Below, piece by piece: positions 8,933 through 16,665 of a stretch of DNA of 26,727 nt (the stretch's first letter is position 1; every line of letters begins with the position of its first letter). The notes beneath the pieces were generated by a model. That model worked only from the letters and a program-made list of their open reading frames with translations, did no database searches and had not been told where the DNA came from. The position numbers and the translations under genes were made by a program. The stretch is from a virus. Lineage: Duplodnaviria; Caudoviricetes. The stretch lies in IMG/VR virus record IMGVR_UViG_3300032253_000241, positions 1-26,727 of that record. The stretch is one strand, 5' to 3'.

Positions 8933-9364
8933 TTACGTTAACCCGAGTTTGGGTTTAATGAGTTTTGACAATAACTGATGATTGGGGTTCACCTGAATTA
9001 ATTCAAGATCACTGAGTTCCTCAAATACCAGATCAATCAGTTCCATCTTCTCCTGTGCGGTAGCGACCTCGTAATAAGCCCACAACTCCTCATCAATATA
9101 ACGCAGGGTTTGCAGTAGTTGGGGGGACTTAATCGAATGCTCTGTATCCATCCAGCCATGGGGCTTTTTAAACTTTTCCTCAACAAATCGGGCAAAAGCT
9201 GACCCGATATTTTTAGGGTTGTTTTCTCGTATATAGGCGTGGGTAAAACCGCGCTCTTTACCGAGAAAATTCGCCAGTTTGGAATTCGTGCCGCCGACGG
9301 ATTGTGTTAGTCGAAGCAGGTTTGCATAGCGTATATCAGTGATGGTCTTCATGATGCGCATCAT
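8933..9364 (-). CDS. CI-like XRE-family HTH repressor without S24 peptidase domain
   Basis: IRYANLLRL...SKLANFLG...KNIGSAFARFVEEKF.KP.GWMD is typical of lambdoid repressor N-domains. Divergent from the replication operon; only 143 aa. Confidence 0.75.
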   Translation of the reverse strand: MMRIMKTITDIRYANLLRLTQSVGGTNSKLANFLGKERGFTHAYIRENNPKNIGSAFARFVEEKFKKPHGWMDTEHSIKSPQLLQTLRYIDEELWAYYEVATAQEKMELIDLVFEELSDLELIQVNPNHQLLSKLIKPKLGLT

Positions 9365-9367
9365 ATA

Positions 9368-9386
9368 ACAAATTTAAATATTTTGT
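9368..9386. promoter_or_regulatory. Possible operator palindrome in the divergent immunity region
   Basis: ACAAA-TTTAAATAT-TTTGT immediately upstream of the repressor start. The region is AT-rich, so a chance match is possible. Confidence 0.3.
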
Positions 9387-9505
9387 AAATTATTTTTATC
9401 TGTCTCTTCCGTGACCGTATATTATTGTGGTATACATTATCCATCTTGAATAAGAATGAAGCCTGCTGGATAGCAGCGGATAAAAACAGAGACGAGGAAC
9501 AGAAC

Positions 9506-9763
9506 ATGAGCTTGAAAAACATTATCAAGGTGCGGCAATTAACGATACAGCCTGCCGCTCTGAAGCATTTGTTGATGACATTTGCCAGTTACGCTGATGC
9601 GAAGGGGCATTTTGAGTGCCCAACAGCCAATGCTATTTGTCGTGATACCGGCATGGATCGCAAAACCGTATACAAATATAAAACCCGTTTAAAGCAAATG
9701 GGGTTGATCCAATCCATTGAATCGAGTGATCGCAAGATGGTAATGCCAGGGGGTAAACCGTGA
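9506..9763 (+). CDS. Small winged-HTH protein (85 aa), paralogue of the initiator N-domain
   Basis: GAGG RBS at 9494-9497 precedes ATG 9506. KHLLMTFASYAD...CPT..AICRDTGMDRKTV....RLKQMGLI aligns with the next gene. Confidence 0.75.
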   Translation: MSLKNIIKVRQLTIQPAALKHLLMTFASYADAKGHFECPTANAICRDTGMDRKTVYKYKTRLKQMGLIQSIESSDRKMVMPGGKP

Positions 9764-10704
9764 GTTTAGATGCAACACGCTGGGCTACCGTGCAAACCAA
9801 CATGAAATCACTTGATAAATTTTTGCTGGTGATGATGGCGGATCGGGCCGATGAAACGCATTGCTGCTTTCCGTCAATCAAACGCCTGTGTCTGGATACC
9901 TTGATGGATCGTAAAACCATTATGGCCGGACTAAAACGATTAGTCGCCAGTGGTTTAATTCGGGATACAGGTAGACGCAAAGGCCGTACGGGAAAAGTAA
10001 AAGTGTATCAACTGATGGGTGTGCTTAACCGGCATGAGCGAGCGAAATTACAAGCCGTAAAAAACAATGAAACAGATAAAGAAATAGGTAACAGTCCCGT
10101 CCAAGGTGTCATTACAAAAAGCGACCTCGAAAACGCCCCTGTAACAGTGGATAAACAGACCCATAAAAGGAATGATCCCGTAAACGGAATGATTCCGTGT
10201 TTCCCATCTAATGGTGCCGAGTACGGGACTTTGAATGGTGCCGTGGACGGTACTCAGAACCTATCAGTAGAATCTATCAATAAACCTATCAGTTTAAAAA
10301 AAGAAAAATTAACAAAAGAAAAACAGGAAAAAGAAATAGCGGAAAAACAAAAATTGAAAACCGATGAAGAAACTGAAAACGTAAAAACAGAAAAATACAA
10401 AGGCATTGAATTAACTAACCTGCCTGATGGTTTAACAATTCAATCGGCTAAAAATTTCATCGATCACCGCAAGGCCATAAAAAAACCGCTAACCCAACAT
10501 GGCTTTGGTTTGTACCTGAGTGCATTACAAACCTGCACCGACTGTGGCCTAAACCTAAATCAAATCGTCGATGAAACTATCGACGCCGGTTGGCAAAGCG
10601 TTAAACCCGCCTGGTTAAAAAACCGCTTAAACCCCCCGAGCAAATTACAAAGCTATCGCAACACGCAAGATGACAACCGCCCCCGCAAGGAATTAGTCGG
10701 ATGA
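9760..10704 (+). CDS. Phage replication initiator (O-like; N-terminal HTH, C-terminal F.DHRKAIKKPLT domain)
   Basis: KFLLVMMADRAD...CFPSIKRLC.DT.MDRKTI N-domain; coupled to dnaB by an ATGA overlap; contains internal DNA repeats. Confidence 0.85.
   Translation: MSLDATRWATVQTNMKSLDKFLLVMMADRADETHCCFPSIKRLCLDTLMDRKTIMAGLKRLVASGLIRDTGRRKGRTGKVKVYQLMGVLNRHERAKLQAVKNNETDKEIGNSPVQGVITKSDLENAPVTVDKQTHKRNDPVNGMIPCFPSNGAEYGTLNGAVDGTQNLSVESINKPISLKKEKLTKEKQEKEIAEKQKLKTDEETENVKTEKYKGIELTNLPDGLTIQSAKNFIDHRKAIKKPLTQHGFGLYLSALQTCTDCGLNLNQIVDETIDAGWQSVKPAWLKNRLNPPSKLQSYRNTQDDNRPRKELVG
10154..10400. repeat. Putative replication origin: iterons plus A-rich tract within the initiator gene
   Basis: AATGGTGCCGAGTACGGGACT (10210-10230), AATGGTGCCGTGGACGGTACT (10234-10254), AATGATCCCGTAAACGG (10171-10187); AA(C/T)CTATCA(G/A)T at 10258, 10271 and 10283; then A-rich DNA. 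Confidence 0.65.
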
Positions 10705-11963
10705 GTTTTGATGCAGAACATGCGGTACTGGGTGCAGTAATGAAAAAACCTACCCTGGTAGCAGAAATGGATTTACTGGCCGAAGACTTTGAAACCCAAA
10801 GCTATGCGATTGCCTATCAAACCGTGCTGGATATGGTGGCCGCCAATGACGTGGTGGATATTATTACCGTTGCAGAACGTCTTGATAAATCTCACCCGAA
10901 TATGAAAGCCCTGTCGGTGATAGGGCAAGCCGCAAAAGATTGTCCCACCATTGTTAACGCGACAGCTTATGCTCGCATTGTAAAAAAAGATGCACAAAAC
11001 AAAAAAGCCAAAGAAGTTGCCGTCGAGTTATTAAACACCATTGACCATGCAGAAAACAGCATGCAGGTGGTTGACCGGGCGGTGCGCGGATTGATGGCGT
11101 TAGCGCAAACCCAAAAGCAATACGATTGTTCTATCGGGCAAGCCTTACAAAAAGCGATTATCAATATTGAAGCGGCGTATGAGTCAGAAGACATCGTCGG
11201 TATCCCCATGGGGCTTAAACGCCTCGATGCCATTTTAAGTGGATTACATAATTCAGATTTAACCATCATCGGTGCGCGACCCGCCATGGGTAAAACCGCC
11301 TTTATGTTAAACCTTGCCAATAACGCCAAACAACCCGTGGGGATTATCAGTGCCGAGCAACCCAATGAACAAATGGGTATGCGCTTAATTGCCATTCACG
11401 GGCGGGTCAATGCCAACCACATGCGCACCGGCAAAATGACCGAGGAAGACTTCACCAAAGTCAGTAACACGGTGGCAACCCTGCATCAACAATCCAACCT
11501 CTGGCTCTACGACAAACCCGCCCCCAGCATTATGGATGTGGTGAGACAGGCCCGAGTCTGGAAACACCTGCACAACATCAAAGCCCTCTATGTGGATTAC
11601 ATACAACGCATTAAATGGACAGATCAAAACATTCCCAAACATGAGCAGGTCGGCAATGTGGTGATGGCGCTAAAAGAGTTGGCCCGTGAATTAGATATTC
11701 CGGTGGTGGCATTAGCACAGGTTAACCGTGAAGTTGAAAAGCGCAGCAATAAACGCCCAAGAATGGGAGATCTAAAAGACTCCGGTGTCATCGAGCAGGA
11801 AGCCGATTGCATCATGCTGCTCTACCGGGATGAAGTGTATAACGAGAACACCGATCAAAAAGGCTTAATGGAAATAGACGTACAAAAAAACCGCCATGGC
11901 CCGATTGGTTTTGTGTGTTGCTACTGGCTTGAAGCCTATATGAAAGTTTCTGATGAAAGATAA
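10701..11963 (+). CDS. dnaB: Phage replicative DNA helicase
   Basis: DAEHAVLG N-terminus, Walker A GARPAMGKT, VDYIQ, LAQVNR, DLKDSGVIEQEAD and KNRHGP motifs. Confidence 0.95.
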   Translation: MSFDAEHAVLGAVMKKPTLVAEMDLLAEDFETQSYAIAYQTVLDMVAANDVVDIITVAERLDKSHPNMKALSVIGQAAKDCPTIVNATAYARIVKKDAQNKKAKEVAVELLNTIDHAENSMQVVDRAVRGLMALAQTQKQYDCSIGQALQKAIINIEAAYESEDIVGIPMGLKRLDAILSGLHNSDLTIIGARPAMGKTAFMLNLANNAKQPVGIISAEQPNEQMGMRLIAIHGRVNANHMRTGKMTEEDFTKVSNTVATLHQQSNLWLYDKPAPSIMDVVRQARVWKHLHNIKALYVDYIQRIKWTDQNIPKHEQVGNVVMALKELARELDIPVVALAQVNREVEKRSNKRPRMGDLKDSGVIEQEADCIMLLYRDEVYNENTDQKGLMEIDVQKNRHGPIGFVCCYWLEAYMKVSDER

Positions 11964-12002
11964 ACAAAAAACCATGAATAAAAAACACGGGAGAGAAAAA
12001 AT

Positions 12003-12284
12003 ATGCAACATCAAACCAGTCGTGAAGCTTATATGCAATACAAGCGTGGTGGGCAAGCCATGCGACAAGACTACGATCGCATTATTAATTGCCTTGAAAT
12101 TAATCCCAATGGGTTTACCCGTAATGAGATAGCAAAAATAACCGGTATTCCCATAAACCGGATCACGGGGCGTATCAATGAATTGCTCGAAGATGACGTG
12201 CTTAAGATCGAAGGTCGGCGTGAGAGTCAAACCACCGGTTATATCGGTGAAATTATTAAACTAAATAAACCAAAACAAAACTAA
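12003..12284 (+). CDS. Small winged-HTH phage protein
   Basis: GGAG RBS; TS.EAY...TRNEIAKITGIPINRITGRINEL motif. Confidence 0.75.
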   Translation: MQHQTSREAYMQYKRGGQAMRQDYDRIINCLEINPNGFTRNEIAKITGIPINRITGRINELLEDDVLKIEGRRESQTTGYIGEIIKLNKPKQN

Positions 12285-12313
12285 ACAATAAAAATCATAA
12301 AAGGAAAAAGTGA

Positions 12314-12814
12314 ATGAATAAAGTGGTGACAGAAAACAGGGAACAAACCATAGCCAATAAAGCCTCTGTGCTTTCACTGGCAATTAATCAGCGTGTGGCA
12401 CTGGCAAAAAAGAAAATCGAAAAAGAAGCACTGGCTCAAATAGATGAAAACTTCATAAATGAAGCCAGGCTGCGGCTGGCCATTGTGTATCAGGCAATGG
12501 AAGATCTATACCTGAACGGCATTGGTGAAATGGGTAAAGCCATGGCTATTATCTACTTGTATTCCAGCAAAATAAAAGAGCTGGATGAAATGGGAATAGA
12601 AACTGCGTGGGTGCAACGCATCTTAAAAGACATGGATATTCTGGATGTGACCGATCCATCGCCTTATGTTGAAGCCTGTCTAATCATTCAAAGTGAAAGC
12701 CGAAAACCGAATAAAGCAACAGCACAGATGCTAATGAAATACATGCCCATTTGTGAATGCGTTGAAGATCAATGCATTGACACCTTGATTGATAATAACC
12801 ATCAGGCCGCATAG
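12314..12814 (+). CDS. Hypothetical helical phage protein
   Basis: Intact 166-aa ORF in operon with upstream AAGGA; ends in QAA. Confidence 0.7.
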   Translation: MNKVVTENREQTIANKASVLSLAINQRVALAKKKIEKEALAQIDENFINEARLRLAIVYQAMEDLYLNGIGEMGKAMAIIYLYSSKIKELDEMGIETAWVQRILKDMDILDVTDPSPYVEACLIIQSESRKPNKATAQMLMKYMPICECVEDQCIDTLIDNNHQAA

Positions 12815-12828
12815 AGGAGAGTAAGTCA

Positions 12829-13338
12829 ATGAGCAGTGATTATTATGATTATATAGAAGATCGAGGAGCCAAACTCTATGCTGCCCAACAGGCCAGAGGC
12901 GTGCAATATGATCAGGTGCCGGGTAGCGGCGGTGGAACGGAGCAACGAACTAAAGCGGATATTAGTGCCGCACGTGCAGGCCGTCATATTAAATATGATA
13001 TGGCGGCTGAACTAAAGGCGTCAGGAAAAACCAAGCGCCAACTGTTGTTATGTGACTATCTGTTTAATGATTCAATTAAGCTTGCGCTGGAGGAAGATTG
13101 GTTCGATTTGAAGAAGAAAGATAATGTTAAGCTGCTAAGGAGATATTGTTGTTTGGCAATTGAGGAAATGGCTGCGCCACAGGAATTTACCTCGCTTGCG
13201 GCAAGGGCGCGGTTTTTGGGGATTCATCCTAAGACATTTATTCGAAATCATTTGAAATGCTATAGCCAGGTGTATCAGATAATGGATGATTGGGCGTTAG
13301 TGCAATTTGAGGGTATGGTCAGGAAAGTTGTCTGTTAA
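12829..13338 (+). CDS. Putative Q-like late antiterminator
   Basis: Last gene of the early operon; GAGGAG RBS; C-terminal HTH-like ARARFLGIHPKTFIRNHLKCY; a promoter-terminator leader lies downstream. Confidence 0.55.
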   Translation: MSSDYYDYIEDRGAKLYAAQQARGVQYDQVPGSGGGTEQRTKADISAARAGRHIKYDMAAELKASGKTKRQLLLCDYLFNDSIKLALEEDWFDLKKKDNVKLLRRYCCLAIEEMAAPQEFTSLAARARFLGIHPKTFIRNHLKCYSQVYQIMDDWALVQFEGMVRKVVC

Positions 13339-13463
13339 GGGTTAAAAATGTTAGTTTATAAAAGGGGTGTTTTGTTGTTCTCTAATGGTGACTTAGATGA
13401 TTCTCTTAAGGGCTATTTACGATTATGTTTTTTCATGTGGCTAATAAAATATTGAGGTGATTT

Positions 13464-14393
13464 ATGGCAAAAGGGATTAGTATGGGAACGGCGCGTAAAA
13501 AGGGGTGTGGTGACAAGGTATTTAATATTTGCGAATTGAATAATGAAGATAAAGGTGAACTGCTGTGTCACCATTGTTCTGCTGAAGTGACTTATGTATC
13601 TGAATACAAAAGAAAAGAGAAAGTAGTATCAGCATATTTAAGGCTAGGGCAAGAAGAAGTCCATGATGAAGATTGTCGATTTACTGTGCAAGGTGCTGTT
13701 GATACATTGGTCGCAGAATCGCAAGCTGTTGAGGATTATGCTCCCATATTTGAAGTGCAAGATGATGGTACGTATTTATTCAGGATGAATGTTTTGGTAG
13801 AAGCGCATAAGGTGGCAGAGCAGATTGATGACTTGATTAAACAGGGGGATGGCGATTTAGAGAAAGTTTATAAAGGGCGTAATTATGTTAAAAGTGAAAG
13901 AGCCTTAGCCAATTATTTTCGCTCCGCTGCTGGAGTTGCAAGAATCCGCTCTTTAATTCAAAGCAGCGACGATGTTGAACAGCTAAAGCAACTGATTAAA
14001 ATACAATATCAAGATAAAATGATTAGTTGGAATGATTTTTATTTTGAGCAGTCACGTTATAGTGCGTTGAGTAAAAAGTTGGAAAGTAAGAAAATATCGT
14101 ATCCTGTTGCTATTGGTATTTCAATTAAAGCGCATCATCATGATGATAAATGGAAGTTCCCGTATTGCGTTCAAGGTTACACTGACACTAAAAAAATAGA
14201 TGAAGTTACTAGGATTTATGTTCCAAGAATAAGAGCAAAAAGAAACAGCCTAATTGATTGTTTTAAAGTAGACTCAACCTATATTGTAGTAGGTAATGCA
14301 TGGTTAAGTCGGGTAAGTGATGTGGATAATCCATACCGTAATATTCAGATGGTCATATATAAAAAACAACAGTTCGTGAAAGATATTAGTTAA
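13464..14393 (+). CDS. AT-rich moron, N-terminal Zn-finger-like motif
   Basis: GAGGTG RBS; LCHHC...AYLRL...HDEDC (CxxC..HxxxC); composition visibly differs from the core phage genes. Confidence 0.75.
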   Translation: MAKGISMGTARKKGCGDKVFNICELNNEDKGELLCHHCSAEVTYVSEYKRKEKVVSAYLRLGQEEVHDEDCRFTVQGAVDTLVAESQAVEDYAPIFEVQDDGTYLFRMNVLVEAHKVAEQIDDLIKQGDGDLEKVYKGRNYVKSERALANYFRSAAGVARIRSLIQSSDDVEQLKQLIKIQYQDKMISWNDFYFEQSRYSALSKKLESKKISYPVAIGISIKAHHHDDKWKFPYCVQGYTDTKKIDEVTRIYVPRIRAKRNSLIDCFKVDSTYIVVGNAWLSRVSDVDNPYRNIQMVIYKKQQFVKDIS

Positions 14394-14470
14394 CGAATTA
14401 AAACTATTTTTTAATAGTGTTTATTTACTGTAAATTTATAGAAAAAACCTGACTTGATGCAATCGGCCCC

Positions 14471-14499
14471 TTCCATACTTGTCCCAACTTGACTACAAT
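14471..14499 (+). promoter_or_regulatory. Putative sigma70 late promoter (pR'-like)
   Basis: TTCCAT (14471-14476), 17-bp spacer, TACAAT (14494-14499). Confidence 0.4.
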
Positions 14500-14565
14500 A
14501 TATCTAAGTTGGAAAAAACTCCGACTTAACCGAATGCCTGAACCCCTTATTAGGCATTAAAATTT

Positions 14566-14603
14566 AAGTTCGCCATTTACCCTAAATGAGCGGGCTTTTT
14601 TTT
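14566..14603 (+). terminator. Intrinsic terminator upstream of the late operon (tR'-like)
   Basis: AAGTTCGC-CATTTA-CCC-TAAATG-A-GCGGGCTT stem running into a T8 tract. Confidence 0.8.
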
Positions 14604-14658
14604 CGCCTGAAAAAACACTCAAGTAATCCAGTTAACTAATACAGAAACAGGAACTTCC

Positions 14659-15138
14659 ATGATTGAAGCCAACCAACTTCACGATCTTGTTGTGAAGCCT
14701 GCGCTATTGGCGCTAGGAAAACAATTTTCACAACCCGCAGCTCGTGCCTTGATTATGGGGACGATTGCACATGAGTCTCTGTCGGGGCGCTACATCAAAC
14801 AAGTCGGTGGGCCAGCGTTGGGCATCATTCAAATGGAGCCGGTCACACATGATGATATATGGCAAAACTACCTTCGATATAAACCCGAGTTGGTAAATCG
14901 CTTAAAACTTTTATTTGAAATCAATGAGCCAAATGCAGATCGTTTAATCTATGACCTGCGTTACAACATAGTGATGTGCCGAATGCATTATCGCCGGGTA
15001 AAAGAAAAGTTACCCGCAGCAGATGATATTCAAGGGTTGGCCCATTACTGGAAATCGCATTACAACACCGATAAAGGAAAAGGCAGCACAGAGCAATTTA
15101 TACAGCATTTTAATCACTATGTTGCAGGCGCATTATAA
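14659..15138 (+). CDS. Lysozyme/transglycosylase-like protein, putative endolysin
   Basis: LIMGTIAHES (catalytic Glu-like), GPALGIIQMEP and YWK.HYNT..G motifs; first gene after the late terminator. Confidence 0.7.
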   Translation: MIEANQLHDLVVKPALLALGKQFSQPAARALIMGTIAHESLSGRYIKQVGGPALGIIQMEPVTHDDIWQNYLRYKPELVNRLKLLFEINEPNADRLIYDLRYNIVMCRMHYRRVKEKLPAADDIQGLAHYWKSHYNTDKGKGSTEQFIQHFNHYVAGAL

Positions 15139-15195
15139 GCAGGCATAAGGTGAATAAAATTGTACTGTAACGCGGTTGCGTAAAAGGCTAACTCT

Positions 15196-15561
15196 ATGTC
15201 TCAGTTTTATAATATTCAACAAAATACAATGCTTGCTATGTTAAGTGTTAATGAAATCACAGCTATTCTGGTATCGGGTTTATATGTTTTCTTACCAGAT
15301 CATATTTATATTCGTGATATACCCTCCGGTGCCATTTTAGATCAAACAATAATGACCCATACGCAGGTTGTTGATGGTGCGTTTCATGCGGATGATCTGG
15401 TGTTCCCCAATACAAATGAAACCGATCCAGAGGCGACTAGCATTATCTTTGCCTTTAGTGAGAGCGGGGTATTAATCACGCACATTGATGACGCGCTCCC
15501 TGTTACACCCAATGGCGAAAATATTCATATCCTGTGGAACGGGCCAGTCTTTACCTTTTAA
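15196..15561 (+). CDS. Acidic beta-rich protein, possibly virion/tail-fibre associated
   Basis: GAFHADDLVFP...LITHID..LPVTPNGENIHILWNG.VFTF resembles small phage structural proteins. Confidence 0.55.
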   Translation: MSQFYNIQQNTMLAMLSVNEITAILVSGLYVFLPDHIYIRDIPSGAILDQTIMTHTQVVDGAFHADDLVFPNTNETDPEATSIIFAFSESGVLITHIDDALPVTPNGENIHILWNGPVFTF

Positions 15562-15587
15562 ATCAAACAGCAAACCGGAATTAAAAT

Positions 15588-16178
15588 ATGGCACAGTTTG
15601 GTACTACAGAGATTGGGCGAAGCAATACACAAGCGGGTTTTCGGTTTAGTTTTGTTAATCGAGTAATGATTGAGATTGATGTGGCGGTATCCGGTGCCTC
15701 GGTTTACTTAAATGCCATCAATGATACTCATATTAAAACGGTTATCTATGATGATAATAATGGCGTACCGGGAGAGCTGGTTTTTGTTTCTGACCCGCAA
15801 GTGATTGCAGCCGGTGAGCAATGGCATCAACAGTCTGGCTTCGAGTTAGCGTTATTGGCGGGTGTGTTTTGGATCGGTACATTATATGAAAGTGGGGTAG
15901 AGCTTTACTACTCCAGTAATGTAAACGGTGAGCAGTCATGGATTTCACTTGATTTTAACTATCAGAATCCCAACAACCCCTACCCGGTGAATCCACAGTT
16001 TTCAATTGAGGGTTTAACCTTTTCACTTTTTCTTGAAGCAGAGCCTTTACCGCAGCCGCAATTTATACAAATGCCTAGCATACAGATAGGCCCGGTGTTT
16101 AACACGCCGCTGGTATCCATTGATGAAGATTCGGGTGGCAATACCGTGCCAGTGAGTCGGCGTGTTTTTCGTGTGTAA
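15588..16178 (+). CDS. Acidic beta-sandwich-like protein, possibly receptor-binding or decoration
   Basis: IYDDNNGVPGELV...L.AGVFWIG motif; beta-strand-rich and acidic. Confidence 0.55.
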   Translation: MAQFGTTEIGRSNTQAGFRFSFVNRVMIEIDVAVSGASVYLNAINDTHIKTVIYDDNNGVPGELVFVSDPQVIAAGEQWHQQSGFELALLAGVFWIGTLYESGVELYYSSNVNGEQSWISLDFNYQNPNNPYPVNPQFSIEGLTFSLFLEAEPLPQPQFIQMPSIQIGPVFNTPLVSIDEDSGGNTVPVSRRVFRV

Positions 16179-16206
16179 TTTTCCGTGTGTAATTTCAGGG
16201 TGTAGT
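16170..16206. repeat. 14-bp period tandem repeat (about 2.5 copies)
   Basis: CGTGTGTAATTT at 16170 and 16184; degenerate third copy GGGTGTAGT at 16198. Confidence 0.6.
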
Positions 16207-16207
16207 C

Positions 16208-16531
16208 ATGGATTATCGAAATCAACCGTATCGAGATAGCCAGCGCCGTGATCACTGGCCGGATGCCAGTGTGAAATCATACAAAGACTATGCACTTAAT
16301 TGGTCGCGTTTATTGGTAAACAGTGAAGCCGTCCGATATGCCACTATTGAGCATATTCAATGGTTTTTACCTGAACATATTCAGGGTAATAAAATCAATG
16401 TGCAGGATGACATGACGGTGATTTGGTTAAAGCCCAAAGCCGAGGGAGTGTTTGCTATTCGTTGTCAGATGAAAGACAGCACACAGCGTATTCATTATAA
16501 GACGATGCTCTTAACAGTAAAGAGTGTTTAA
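16208..16531 (+). CDS. Putative phage fibre-tail adaptor-like protein
   Basis: KDYALNWSRLL...TVIWL...G...IRCQM resembles the DYxxDWxxxL small Ig-like tail proteins. Confidence 0.55.
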   Translation: MDYRNQPYRDSQRRDHWPDASVKSYKDYALNWSRLLVNSEAVRYATIEHIQWFLPEHIQGNKINVQDDMTVIWLKPKAEGVFAIRCQMKDSTQRIHYKTMLLTVKSV

Positions 16532-16665
16532 TTAATGGTGTTGGTATGACATAAAAATATATAGTTTTGTGTATTATTTGTATTAGGCTATTGAACTTAG
16601 AAAAGTTGTCTACATATATGGTAGCTGTTAACAATTTTATTATATTAAGAAGGAGTTTAAATTTA

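Noticed and set aside
9365-9505. LexA box in the immunity region
   Set aside because: No CTG-N10-CAG with an AT-rich core was found here.
9425-9505. N-terminal extension of the 9425-9763 ORF
   Set aside because: TTG start without an RBS. ATG 9506 has GAGG and aligns with the initiator's MSL start.
16567-16665. N-terminal extension of the 395-aa ORF
   Set aside because: TTG start in AT-rich, promoter-like DNA. The AGGAG RBS supports ATG 16666.
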